Origin: Macrostomum lignano
Lineage: Eukaryota
Direction: 5' to 3'
Length of the DNA: 41,760 nucleotides
Assembly (NCBI GenBank): GCA_002269645.1
Contig: NIVC01002542.1
Span: 1-41,760, forward strand
Positions 1 to 12,100 of this stretch are shown one piece after another; the stretch's first letter is position 1; every line of letters begins with the position of its first letter. The notes under the pieces were generated by a model. It did not search any database. It was not told the origin of the DNA and worked only from the letters and a program-made list of their open reading frames with translations. A program made the position numbers and the translations under genes.

Positions 1-311
1 GGAAAGAAGCGAGATTGATCACTTATATTCATAAATTAGTGCAAAAAGCGTTGAAAAGCCCAACTTGCAAAAATGTTCACACAGAGGTCATGTAAGGTCA
101 ACTATGAGTCAAACTGGTTTCATTTCTGAAAGTTTGGAATACGATGATTTCTAACAAGTTTGACGCAATAAATATGCATATTTAACTCAGATACAGAACA
201 TGAGTTTCAGATAATTTTAAAAAAATACGCGATAGCTCGTACAAGCGAACCTAAAGTTACGACCACAAAATTTCACTTTAGGCACCAAAAGACGTGTAAA
301 ATCTGAGCTGA

Positions 312-1253
312 CCCACCGCATCCCCATTCCCTGAGCCACCTCATCCCCTTTCCTTGAGCCACCCCATGCCCACCTTCTGAGCCACCCCATCTCCACTCCC
401 TGAGCCACCTCATCCCCATTCCCTGAGCCACCCCATCCCCACTCCCTGAGCCACCCATCCCCACTCCTGAGCACACCCCCATCCCACTCCCTGAGCCACC
501 CCATCCCCACTCCCTGAGCCACCCCATCCCCATTCCCTGAGCCACCCCATCCCCACTCCCTGAGCCACCCCATCCCCACTCCCTGAGCCACCCCATCCCC
601 ACTCCCTGAGCCACCCATCCCCACTCCTGAGCCACCCATCCCCATTCTTTGAGCCACCCCATCCCCACTTTGAGCCATCCCATCCCCACTCCCTGAGCCA
701 TCCCATCCCCATTCCCTGAGCCACCCCATCCCCATTCCCTGAGCCACCCATCCCCATTCCCTGAGCCACCCCATCCCCATTCCCTGAGCCACCCCATCCC
801 CATTCCCTGAGCCACCCCATCCCCATTCCCTGAGCCACCCCATCCCCATTCTTTGAGCCACCCCATCCCCACTCCTGAGCCATCCCATCCCCATTCCCTG
901 AGCCACCCATCCCCACTCCCTGAGCCACCCCATCCCCACTCCCTGAGCCATCCCATCCCCACTACCTGAGCCAACACATCCCCATGAATTCCCTGGGCCA
1001 CCATCCCCACTCCCTGAGCCATCCCAACCCCACTCCCTGAGCCATCCCATCCCCACTCCCTGAGCCATCCATCCCCACTCCCTGAGCCATCCCATCCCCA
1101 CTCCCTGAGCCACGCCATCCCCATGAATTCCCTGAGCCACCCCATCCCCACTCCCTGAGCCATCCCAACCCCCTTTCCCTCAGCCACTCCATCCCCATTC
1201 TCTGAGCCACCCCAGCCCCACTCCTCACTCCCTGAGCCACCCCAACCCCACTC
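312..1253. repeat. 22-23 bp C-rich minisatellite (unit ~CCCTGAGCCACCCCATCCCCACT), about 40 copies
   Basis: Unit read directly. It explains the overlapping MAQGVGMGWLREWG ORFs. Confidence 0.95.
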
Positions 1254-1510
1254 GCAGGTGTCCAGAAGCCCCCAAGGCGCGCAGCGGCAGTTGACAACAG
1301 AGTCACAGCTAGAACACACAAGGCCGCTATTTGGTGATGCGCGCGCAGAAAAAAACGGTCAACACAATTGTTTGCCTCAAGCTATCGGATTTACTCCAGC
1401 TGTCACTACTTGGCGTGTTAAAAAAGTCATAGAATAGATCTATTTTCGCGCTGCTGCAGGCCAGACTGCAAGACAGAGGATTTTTCAGTAGATTTGCGGG
1501 GGGGCCTTAC

Positions 1511-1689
1511 AAAATCCCGGATGTAATGCGGCATGGATGCCAGGTACTCCTTGTCACAGGCCTGGAAATGTGTGAGTATTTCACAGAGATAGCGCTTTAC
1601 TTTTAGGCTGAGTTGCAGAAATTGCTCCCTGACAGGGAAGTGAGGGAGAACAAAATCATCGATATCGATTGTATCAATCCGCGTCCGTC
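1511..1689 (-). CDS. Candidate orphan coding exon, product unknown
   Basis: Flanked by TTAACAG acceptor and GTAAGG donor; open frame RTRIDTIDIDDFVLPHFPVREQFLQLSLKVKRYLCEILTHFQACDKEYLASMPHYIRDF. No family recognised. Its phase-1 start does not fit the phase-0 end of the last FERM exon. Confidence 0.3.
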
Positions 1690-2017
1690 CTGTTAATTCC
1701 GGCCGAGTGCCGCGTCCCAACAAGAGCCGGTTCTGTTGATTGAATCGCCTCCAATTCTATACAAGTGCGAGATGGGACTCAAAGGCTAAGATGGGAGAAG
1801 GCGGTGACAGTTGGATGAGGGAGCCAAGTTTTTTGCCTATTTTGGCAAAGTTATTTGACAGAAAAATTCACAATAAACCCAAGATTGTCCGGTGGATTAA
1901 ATCCCATTTGATGAGCTGTGCTTTCTAAGAAAAACAAATGTTTTTCCTGCTCCTGGGAGATTAAAAAAACTAACTAAACTAACTCAGCAACATGTTCAGG
2001 TTTCCACCCGAAAACAG

Positions 2018-2158
2018 TTCACAAGATCTACGATTCACAAGATCTACGATTCACACGATCTACAATTCACAAGATCTACAATTCACAAGATTTATGGTTC
2101 ACAGGATTCACGATTCACAAGATATACAATTCACAAGATCTACAATTCACAAGATCTA
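2018..2158. repeat. 16-bp tandem repeat (TTCACAAGATCTACGA), about 9 copies
   Basis: Read directly. Confidence 0.9.
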
Positions 2159-2620
2159 GTTCAAAGTGCATACTCTCAATATTGCACGCTCCGAGCTGAG
2201 CTTCAGTCTCCGTCATCACTTTTTTAAGCCAACAAAGTTTCGAAATGCTGCGCTGAACAAAATTGCTTCGCCTGAGTGGGAGAGCTCAGAGAGTTACTAG
2301 ACAGGAGATGAGGGTGTGAGGCGGAGTCAGTGGGAAAACTTTTCTGCTCCCAAATCCGGGTAGATTATTAGATCCCCCAGCTTATGGGGCAGCATGGCCA
2401 TGGTCAGCGGCAATGCGGGAGCTAAAATTACTTTTCAAATTCACGCAGCCAGAGTGGCAGTTCCAATTTTCAGAGGGATATGGGAAGAAGAGAAAAGAGA
2501 AATGCTGCAATATTTACTTCCCATTCTGCACCTTCGTTACAGTGTGTGTTCATATTCGCATTTAGGAGTAAAACTGGCCTCTATAAACACAGAACTGTCC
2601 CAGTGCAATGCTGCTGTTCA

Positions 2621-2870
2621 TCTTCACTTTCCTACCCTCTATCTAATGTGCATTGCAGATGTGCATCTTCACTTTTCTACCCTCTTTATCTAATGTACAT
2701 TGCAGATGTATATCTTCACTTTCCTACCCTCTTTATCGAATGTACATTGCAGATGTACGTCTTCACTTTTCTACCCTCTTTATCTAATGTACATTGCAGA
2801 TGTACGTCTTCACTTTCCTACCCTCTTTATCTAATGTACATTGCAGATCACTTCATATTCACTTTCCTAA
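2621..2870. repeat. ~47-bp tandem repeat (TCTTCACTTTCCTACCCTCTTTATCTAATGTACATTGCAGATGTACG), about 5 copies
   Basis: Read directly. Confidence 0.9.
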
Positions 2871-2947
2871 TCCTTCCCAACAGCCACAGACCTTGAGTCA
2901 CTACAGCTGATTGATAAACATGAGCACATTTTGAGTATGTTTCTTAC

Positions 2948-3103
2948 ATTTGTCTCCGGATGCAATTTCACCAGAAACTTCTTCCTTTTAAAGCTGAGCT
3001 TACGAACTTTGGCCCAATTGAAACAATTGATGCGCACAGTGCCTTGGAATACTAGCACACCTGTGTGAGCCACGGCCAGGCTCAGGGGCAGGCTGTCTCT
3101 GTC
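2948..3103 (-). CDS. FARP: FARP-like exon 7 (FERM C lobe)
   Basis: CTACAG/GTAAGA boundaries, 52 codons, [15 protein letters not shown]...KLHPETN. Confidence 0.9.
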
Positions 3104-6100
3104 CTGTAGTGTAGGGATAGTAGTAGTCATTACTGAAAATATATTGCTTGACAGGAATATGTAGGCTACTTATAGAATTGGTAGACAGCAGTTCTTACCC
3201 GAGCAGGGTGAAGCCTGATGCCGTACAGGTCCACCTTTCTCACGGTGTCCAGCAGGCTGTACTCGGCGTCTTCTGGTGTCAGGCCGCTGGTAAGTGATGA
3301 AGTTTAATATTTATTGCTTTTTGAAATGGCCAGCTTATGTTTAGGAATCTGCCCAAGAGTCTGCCTGAGAAGAAATTTTATACCACTTTTTGTGAGAAGC
3401 TTACACGTGAGCTTTGTGGTATTCCATCACTTTTTTTAGTAGTTCCTCGCTAACGGGACTTGGCAGTACCTTCAGCCGCGTCAGATAGAGTGTGTCCAGG
3501 TATTCTTCTTCGAGGAAGTCGCCGATCTCCGCTATAAAAAGAAATTTATTATTTATCTTTCTAAAAATGCTGATGTCCTCGTCAAAGGGGTGGGTGGAGG
3601 CGGGGCGTGAGGTGGGTGCCGGAGGGGTGGGTGGAGGCGGGGCGTGAGGTGGGTGCCGGAGGGTGGGTGGAGGCGGGGCGTGAGGTGGGTGCCGGAGGGG
3701 TGGGTGGAGGCGGGGCGTGAGGTGGGTGCCGGAGGGGTGAGTGGAGGCGGGGCGTGAGATGGGTGTCAGGTGGATAGGTGCGAGGCGTGAGATGGGTGTC
3801 GGGGTGGATTGGTGCGAGGCGTGAGGTGGGTGTCGGGGTGGATGGGTGCGAGGCGTGAGGTGGGTGTCGGGGTAGATGGGTGGAGACGGGGCTTTGGTCT
3901 TTGGAGAATGGAGGCGTGACGTGAGCTGATTTTTTGGGGTGGTTGCGGTGAATGAGACGGGTTTGGCAAGATGTAATTAGAGCAATAGAGAAGGATTATA
4001 AATGGAAGTCTGCAAAGAAGGCCAACAATTGCAAAGCCACACATGAAGCCTAGCTGTCGTCAATCAGCAGCACTTCAATCAGAGAGCCGCTCATCCAGTG
4101 AACCAGCTCTAGCAAAAAAGCTAATCACGATGGAAAGTGAAAAAAGGGAAAGCTTTGGTCGATAAAACATTTCGGCTTATATTCTTATAAGACTTATAAC
4201 TCCTTTGCTTGGCTGATAAGAAGAAATTCAACATCGGAACACGACACGGCAATCGTGAGGGCGATGATTTCGATTCGTTCTGACAGTTTCTCCGCTGTCT
4301 GCATTGCGCGTATAGTCAGCCGCACAAGGGTTTTGAAGAGGGAAATCAAGGACGCGCCGCTGGTTGAAGTGCTCTCCTGCTGGACTTTCTCATTCTCCTT
4401 TCCACTCTGTATTTCTGCTCTTAGCGGCAGAAATTGCATTTTCCACTCGAGCTGGAACTCTGGGGGGCAATTAGCAATAGTCGTCCTGCGGCCAGATATT
4501 TGCGGGTAAGCAGAGAGACCTCCGGTGTTCACTTGCTGCGGCCCTGGCCAGGAATCAAGCCGCAGCTGCCTTATCTGCTGCCCTCCCTATCACTCGGTTA
4601 GGGATGCATTAGGATCGCATTTATGGGGATTCCAGAACGAACCTGACCCCAAGCCAATATACTTGTTCCTAACTAACAAAGTGGAGAATTGTCAATGACT
4701 GGGAGAATAACTGCATGGTAGCTCGACACAGGGATGGACTGGCTTGGGAGAACCTTTCTGTCTTTTAATTTTTTTCGGCTTTGTCTTTACTGAACAGAAA
4801 TAATTCCTGTGTGATGACGTCTCTTGTGTTTTAATCACGGATATTTATTTTTATTCTGTTGCCGATATCAGATATCATAAGGTATCATTCAGATATCATT
4901 CTGATAGCCTTCTCTCCCGTGTCCTTCAGGGGTCCACTAGCCTTCTCTCCCGTGTCCTTCAGGGGTCCACTAGCCTTCTCTCCCGTGTCCTTCAGGGGTC
5001 CACTAGCCTTCTCTCCCGTGTCCTTCAGGGGTCCACTACCCTTCTCTCCCGTGTCCTTCAGGGGTCCACTAGCCTTCTCTCTCGTGTCCACTACCCTTCT
5101 CTCTCGTGTCCTTCAGGGGGGTTTACTACCCTTCTCTCTCGTGTCCTTCAGGGGGGTTTACTACCCTTCTCTCTCGTGTCCTTCAGGGGTCCACTACCCT
5201 TTTCTCTCGTGTCTTTCAAGGGTCCACTACTCTTCTCTCTCGTGTCCTTCAGGGGTACACTACCCTTCTCTCCCGTGTCCTTCAGGGGTCCACTACCCTT
5301 CTCTCTCGTGTCTTTCAGGGGTCCACTAACCTTCTCTCTCGTGTCTTTCAGGGGTCCACTACCCTTCTCTCTCGTGTCCTTCAGGGTCCACTACCCTTCT
5401 CTCCCGTGTCCTTCAGGGGTCCACTAGCCTTCTCTCCCGTGTCCTTCAGGGGTCCACTAGCCTTCTCTCCGTGTCCTTCAGGGGTCCACTACCCTTCTCT
5501 CCGTGTCCTTCAGGGTCCACTAGCCTTCTCTCCCGTGTCCTTCAGGGGTCCACTACCCTTCTCTCCCGTGTCCTCAGGGGTCCACTAGCCTTCTCTCTCG
5601 TGTCTTTCAAGGGTCCACTACTCTTCTCTCTCTCGTATCCTTCAGGGGTCCACTAGCCTTCTCTCCCGTGTCCTTCAGGGGTCCACTACCCTTCTCTCCC
5701 GTGTCCCTCAGGGGTCCACTAGCCTTCTCTCTCGTGTCTTTCAAGGGTCCACTACTCTTCTCTCTCTCGTATCCTTCAGGGGTCCACTACCCTTCTCTCC
5801 CGTGTCCTTCAGGGGTCCACTAGCCTTCTCTCTCGTGTCTTTCAAGGGTCCACTACTCTTCTCTCTCTCGTATCCTTCAGGGGTCCACTACCCTTCTCTC
5901 CCGTGTCCTTCAGGGGTCCACTAGCCTTCTCTCTCGTGTCTTTCAAGGGTCCACTACTCTTCTCTCTCTCGTATCCTTCAGGGGTCCACTACCCTTCTCT
6001 CCCGTGTCCTTCAGGGGTCCACTAGCCTTCTCTCTCGTGTCTTTCAAGGGTCCACTACTCTTCTCTCTCTCGTATCCTTCAGGGGTCCACTACCCTTCTC

Positions 6101-9100
6101 TCCCGTATCCTTCAGGGGTCCACTACACTTCTCTCTCGTGTCGTTATGTGGCTCCTTCTACCTTTCTCTTTTCTCCTTCAGAGGCTGCTCTGCTAATTGT
6201 TACTGCTGTCCTTTAGGGTGTCCTGCAACCCTTCAGTAGGTCCTGCTTACGATAATCTCTAGTCCTGTAGGGTAGGGTGTCTTATTTCTCTTGCCTCTCG
6301 CCCTTCAGCCAGCCCTTCTAACCCGTCTATACTCGTATTTTCTACCAGAGAACCCGGCTGCCAATCGCGGCAATAAAATCGAGCAGAAAGTTGATTTCGG
6401 ACTTTTTATCGACTTTTTCGAAGAGCAGCAGAAGCTCGGCAGCTCAAGCCATCCCGCTATTGCAGGCTATATTGGTGAAGTTTTGCTCATTTCGAGAGTA
6501 AAACAAAGCTTAATCCTGCCCGCTGTGCTGCTCATAAATCATAAGTCACCCGCCCGAGCCCGACTGTGTTGGGGCACGATAACTTCATATACCACAGATT
6601 AATGCGACTCAGATTGCGGAGAGATTGCGGAGAATCCGATGCCAGAAATTGGAGACGACCAACTCCAACTGTATAATCTTCTTCTGGGGGCCGCAGCTTG
6701 TTGGCCTAGCGAGCACTGCAGCAAGATCCTTCAGGCACTGCTGTGACAGCACCTTCCCGATCCTTCAGGCACTGCTGTGACAGCACCTTCCCGATCCTTC
6801 AGGCACTGCTGTGACTGCACCTTCCCGATCCTTCAGGCACTGCTGTGACTACACCTTCCCGATCCTTCAGGCACTGCTGTGACAGCACCTTCCCGATCCT
6901 TCAGGCACTGCTGTGACTGCACCTTCCCGATCCTTCAGGCACTGCTGTGACAGCACCTTCCCGATCCTTCAGGCACTTCTGTGACTGAACCTTCCCGATC
7001 CTTCAGGCACTGCTGTGACTGCACCTTCCCGATCCTTCAGGCACTTCTGTGACTGCACCTTCCCGATCCTTCAGGCACTGCTGTGACAGCACCTTCCCGA
7101 TCCTTCAGGCACTGCTGTGACAGCACCTTCCTGATCCTTCAGGCACTGCTGTGACTGCACTTTCCCGATCCTTCAGGCACTTCTGTGACTGAACCTTCCC
7201 GATCCTTCAGGCACTGCTGTGACTGCACTTTCCCGATCCTTCAGGCACTGCTGTGACTGCACCTTCCCGATCCTTCAAGCACTTCTGTGACTGCACTTTC
7301 CCGATCCTTCAGGCACTGCTGTGACTGCACCTTCCCGATCCTTCAGGCACTGCTGTGACAGCACCTTCCCGATCCTTCAGGCACTGCTGTGACTGCACCT
7401 TCCTGATCCTTCAGGCACTGCTGTGACTGCACCTTCCCGATCCTTCAGGCACTGCTGTGACAGCACCTTCCCGATCCTTCAAGCACTTCTGTGACTGCAC
7501 TTTCCCGATCCTTCAGGCACTGCTGTGACTGCACCTTCCCGATCCTTCAGGCACTGCTGTGACTGCACCTTCCCGATCCTTCAGGCACTGCTGTGACTGC
7601 ACCTTCCCGATCCTTCAGGCACTGTTGTGACTGCACCTTCCCGATCCTTCAGGCACTGCTGTGACTGCACCTTCCCGATCCTTCAGGCACTTATGTGACT
7701 GAACCTTCCCGATCCTTCAGGCACTGCTGTGACAGCACCTTCCTGATCCTTCAGGCACTGTTGTGACTGCACCTTCCCGATCCTTCAGGCACTGCTGTGA
7801 CAGCACCTTCCCGATCCTTAAGGCACTGCTGTGACTGCACTTTCCCTATCCTTAAGGCACTGCTGTGACTGCACTTTCCCGATCCTTCAGGAGCCACCGA
7901 TCTTCAAGGGTTCCAGTAACCTGGAATCTCTTCAGATGCTTCAAGAATCCCTACTGCCCTTTGTCTGATCTCCCAGGGCGAGATGATTCTGTCTGATCTG
8001 ACGCGATTTAAATGGAATCGAAGGGACCAGCTCTTCTCTGCTTCTCTAAATATGCTGTTTTTTATCGATTTTTCACTCTGAAAATTCCCTAAGGAAATGT
8101 TGCTAAGGAATTTTTGTTAGGGTAATTTTATATTTCACAATAAACCCACCTAACCAACAAACTGAAAAAGTGCAATGTCAGATTGATTAATGACTAGCGG
8201 CAATTTTTTACAAACGCTTTCTACACTGCCTCGCTATTTTCGCACATAGCCAGTTAGGCCAAATGGTAACAGTATTGTGCAATTACTAAATGGTTGAAAA
8301 TTGCTGTTTTGAAGTGTTATTTCATGCTGAGTACGAAGATAACTGTCCAATTAATCGGCTGGCAAACCCATCGGTTTTCTGCTTGATGAGATGGATGATG
8401 GATGATTGGGGAACATCCGTCCAGCCACTCGCACCAAGACAGGCGCTCATCCCGACGCACACAACCCACGCCAAAGCGCCCGTCATAAAATCCATCTCAA
8501 ATGACGCCCCTCCCGACACCCACCTCACGCCCAGCACCCCTCCCGACACCCACCTCACGCCCAGCACCCCTCTCGACACCCACCTCACACCCAGCAACCC
8601 TCCCGACACCCACCTCACGCCCAGCACCCCTCTCGACACCCACCTCACACCCAGCACCCCTCCCAACACCCACCTCACGCCCAGCACTCCTCTCGACACC
8701 CACCTCACACCCAGCAACCCTCCCGACACCCACCTCACGCCCAACACCCCTTCTGACACCCCCTCCCGCCCAGCAGCCCTCTCGACACCCACCTCACACC
8801 CAGCAACCCTCCCGACACCCACCTCCCGCCTAACACCCCTCTAGACACCAACCCCACGCCCAACACCCCTTCCGACGCCCTCTTCACACTTTCCAGTTCT
8901 ATTCGGGCTATTCCAGCTCCTCATTTTAATAGCAACAATGGGCGCTCACCCTGCACCAGGTAGGAGGCTAGCAGGGCGGCAGTGTTATCGCAGCAGGGCA
9001 GCAGGCCGTTAACAATGTCGCGTTTAATTTGCAAAGAAAATAGAAACCTGCAAAGGCGAGGAAAGGGTTATCTGATTTCTTAAAAAACAAAGGGGAGGTG

Positions 9101-12100
9101 ACTCGGCATAAAAATGAGGTTTCCCATAGATTATTGACTGAGCACCCAACTGAGCAGGCAGAAGCAAGCAGGGCGAACAAGAAATAAAGAAACTGGATGT
9201 CGCAATTCTGTCAGCTGAGAGAAAAAGCAGCAGCAGAAGACTCTGGCCACGACGAGATGGTGATCGATTGGCACAGAGAGGCTGCGAGGCGCAATAGAAG
9301 GAGACTCAGGCGTGAACAGGGCGTACGCCAAGGCTGGCTGAGGAATTGTCCTCGTGGCTTGAGCTGAGTGTACTTGTAGGGCAGCCCCCCCCCCTATCCC
9401 TGAGCTTGCAGGCCGATAGCTGAAATAGCTGAAACTCTTCCTGGTCGATACACGCGAGAGGGATCGAGAGCGAGACAGAAAAGGGCGGAGAGAGAGAGAG
9501 AGAGGCTGCGAGAGAGGGGGCGCTCTGATGAAGCCCTGATGCTGCTTTATTCGCCCCGCTATCGGAACTGCTTCGCTGTCTCAGCCGGGGCCGCAGCAGC
9601 CGTCACGCGCCCAGCTATCATGGGGGGGGGAGGCCAAGAGGGAACGTGAAATCCTAGAGATCCCAGAAACTATTCCCTTAATTTTTGGTTCGTCCCGGCA
9701 AGCCAGCATAAATGAGAATTTCTGTTCCTGCTGCAGCTTGACTTTGCGAGTCTTCGTTGCTGTTTAACAGACTTGTGAAAGGATTTTACATTTCCCACAG
9801 TGTGCGCGCCAGATGCTGGGCGGCGCCTCGGGCTGAAGGCAGTGGCTTGATAAAACGTTTCTTAATCTGGAGATTGATTCTCCTCCATAAATCAATAATT
9901 ATAATACAATTTTTGAGTAGAGCGTATAGAAGCAGATGTCAACTTCACACTTCGAACTGCAAAATAGTAGACTTCAACCTGGCAACCTTAAGACCTTCAA
10001 GGTCCAGCAGGTGATCACAACAGGTGAACTGCAGTTCAACTTGAACTGACCACTCACTGGTGTGCATCAGACACTGTTTCAAAACCATTGAGAACTTCAT
10101 CAATGTGCTCCTTGTACTTGCAGTTGCAGAAAAAAGTAAAAAAACTTTCTCTCTAGACTCGCTGCCTCCCAGGGCTTCAGTTAATCCCCCGTTTTTCGAA
10201 AAAAAGTAATCCCTAAAGCCGGAAAAAATTTCCCCGAGGCGGAATAAAAATAAAAGTACAAAGCCGGGCGAAACATCGGATAAACATCTGGGCGCGAAGT
10301 TTTAATCCAAGTTGGATTTGCTAAAATTTGCAGATCAATATCTCTGGCGGGGCCTGCAGAGCTGGGAAGTTGCGGATAGAAAGCCGGCTTGCACGGAACA
10401 CGCGAACGAGAAAAAAACCTTTTTTTTTTCAAAGACTGCTTTTGCTTTCGGTGGGTAATTTGAATTCAAATTATTGGAAAGTCTACCTGCACACAGTATA
10501 CAGAGAAAGGAAACTTTAAACGCTTGAACATTTGCACTCATCCACTTGACTCGGCCCACGCATGCAGTCGCCGCTCTCACCTGGAGAACTCGTCCTCGAG
10601 CAGGTGCGGGTCTGGCGGGTAGAATTTGACCGAAAAGTAAAACACCAGCTCTGTTGAAGACGGGCACTGCTTGGGCAGCGTCTTTGAGTGGTCCAGCCAG
10701 CACTGCGGGAGGGAATCGAGAGGGAGAGAGAGAGAATTCGGATTAAGAGTCTCTTGGCTCTCTTTGATTCGAATGGAATGGCGCGGGGAGTTGCCAGGCG
10801 GCATTGGGAGCCACTTGTGCCTCCACACCTTGCGGCAGGCCATTAGCTCTGATTGAGCGAACTAATCAAAGTGACAGCAAATTGTGCGTCACAAATTGCA
10901 AGTCTAAATTGCTTTAGTTCCGAGAGGAATAATGAGTCTCAGCCACTCTTCCGATGAGAATGTCCTGTGAGACTTTTGAAATTATAGGCAACGTCTTTAA
11001 CAGTAGAACTACCAAGGGGGGGGAAATTCCCCCCCCTGACAATTTTTTTTGCTGCGCCGGAACGGAGCAACGCAGGCACACGAAATTCAAGAACACGGGC
11101 TAACTTTTTGTTGCGCACCTTCTCAAACAAGAATCAAGTCGCCAGCCCTCCGGACCGTCGAGATATTCGACGATTCTGCTAGAAGGTCGGATTTTTCCCA
11201 TAAGCGCTAGTGTATTCAGTACACCCCTGTGCGCCAATCAGCACTGCGCCTCAGTGCAGCCTTGCTAAGTCTCCAAATTTCATCAGCACGTCGACCACAT
11301 GTGTCTGCATCAGTTCTGACTTCGTTGGTCACTAGCCTTCACCCAGGTAGAGCTTCTGGACCCTCAACAGCTGTGGCACCAGGTGACTATGGACACCCTG
11401 ATGCGGATTTCTCTAGTTTCGCCGATCAAGCCTCGACAGTGGGCAAGAATCAACCGCCAGACATTCTCAGCTAGTCTCTCAAGCATTCCGTCATCATTCC
11501 GACGCCGTCGGCTCCTTCAACAGATTACACCAGGTGACTATGGACAGCCTGATAAGAATTTCTCTAGTTTCGCTGATCAAGCCTCGACAGTGGGCAAAAA
11601 TCAACTGCTGGACATCCTCAGCTAGTCATTCAAGCATTCCGTCATCACCCCGATGCCGTCGGCACCTTCAACATGTATGTATAAAAGTATGTGTAATAAT
11701 AATATAAATATACAGCAACATGAGTTAAAGCTTAACTATAGCTATGTCTGTGCTTAAAAATTTTTGAGAGCTTCGAAATGTTAAGAGCATGATGAAAAAT
11801 CACGCTCAGGTGTCCTTACTCACCTGGTGCCACCTGTTGAAGGTGCCGACGGCGTCGGGGTGGTGACGGAAGGCTCGAGAGACTAGCTGAGGGTTTTCAG
11901 AAGTTGAGGCTTGCCCACTGTCGAGGCTTGATCAGCGAAACTAGAGAAATCCGCATCAGGTTGTCCATAGTCACCTGATGCCACAGCTGTTGAAGGTCCA
12001 GAAGCTCTACCTGGGTGAAGGCTAGTGACCAACGAAGTCAGAACTGATGCAGACACATGTGGTCGACGTGCTGATTAAATTTGGAGACTTAGCAAGGCTG

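Noticed and set aside
217-1321. Gly/Trp-rich 307-348 aa ORFs that look collagen- or silk-like
   Set aside because: They arise from the 22-23 bp minisatellite; the same peptide appears in all three frames.
4194-6602. ORFs 4194-4532, 4255-4509 and 6291-6602 in FARP intron 4
   Set aside because: No recognisable domain or consistent splice signals; could be decayed TE sequence but unsupported.
6726-7892. Regular 33-34 bp repeats suggesting a CRISPR array
   Set aside because: Units are directly adjacent with no unique spacers, there are no cas genes, and the context is a eukaryotic intron.
9529-10177. GAAGCCCTG / CAGGGCTTC pair resembling hAT TIRs
   Set aside because: Only 9 bp, facing outward rather than inward, with no TSD or matching partner ends.
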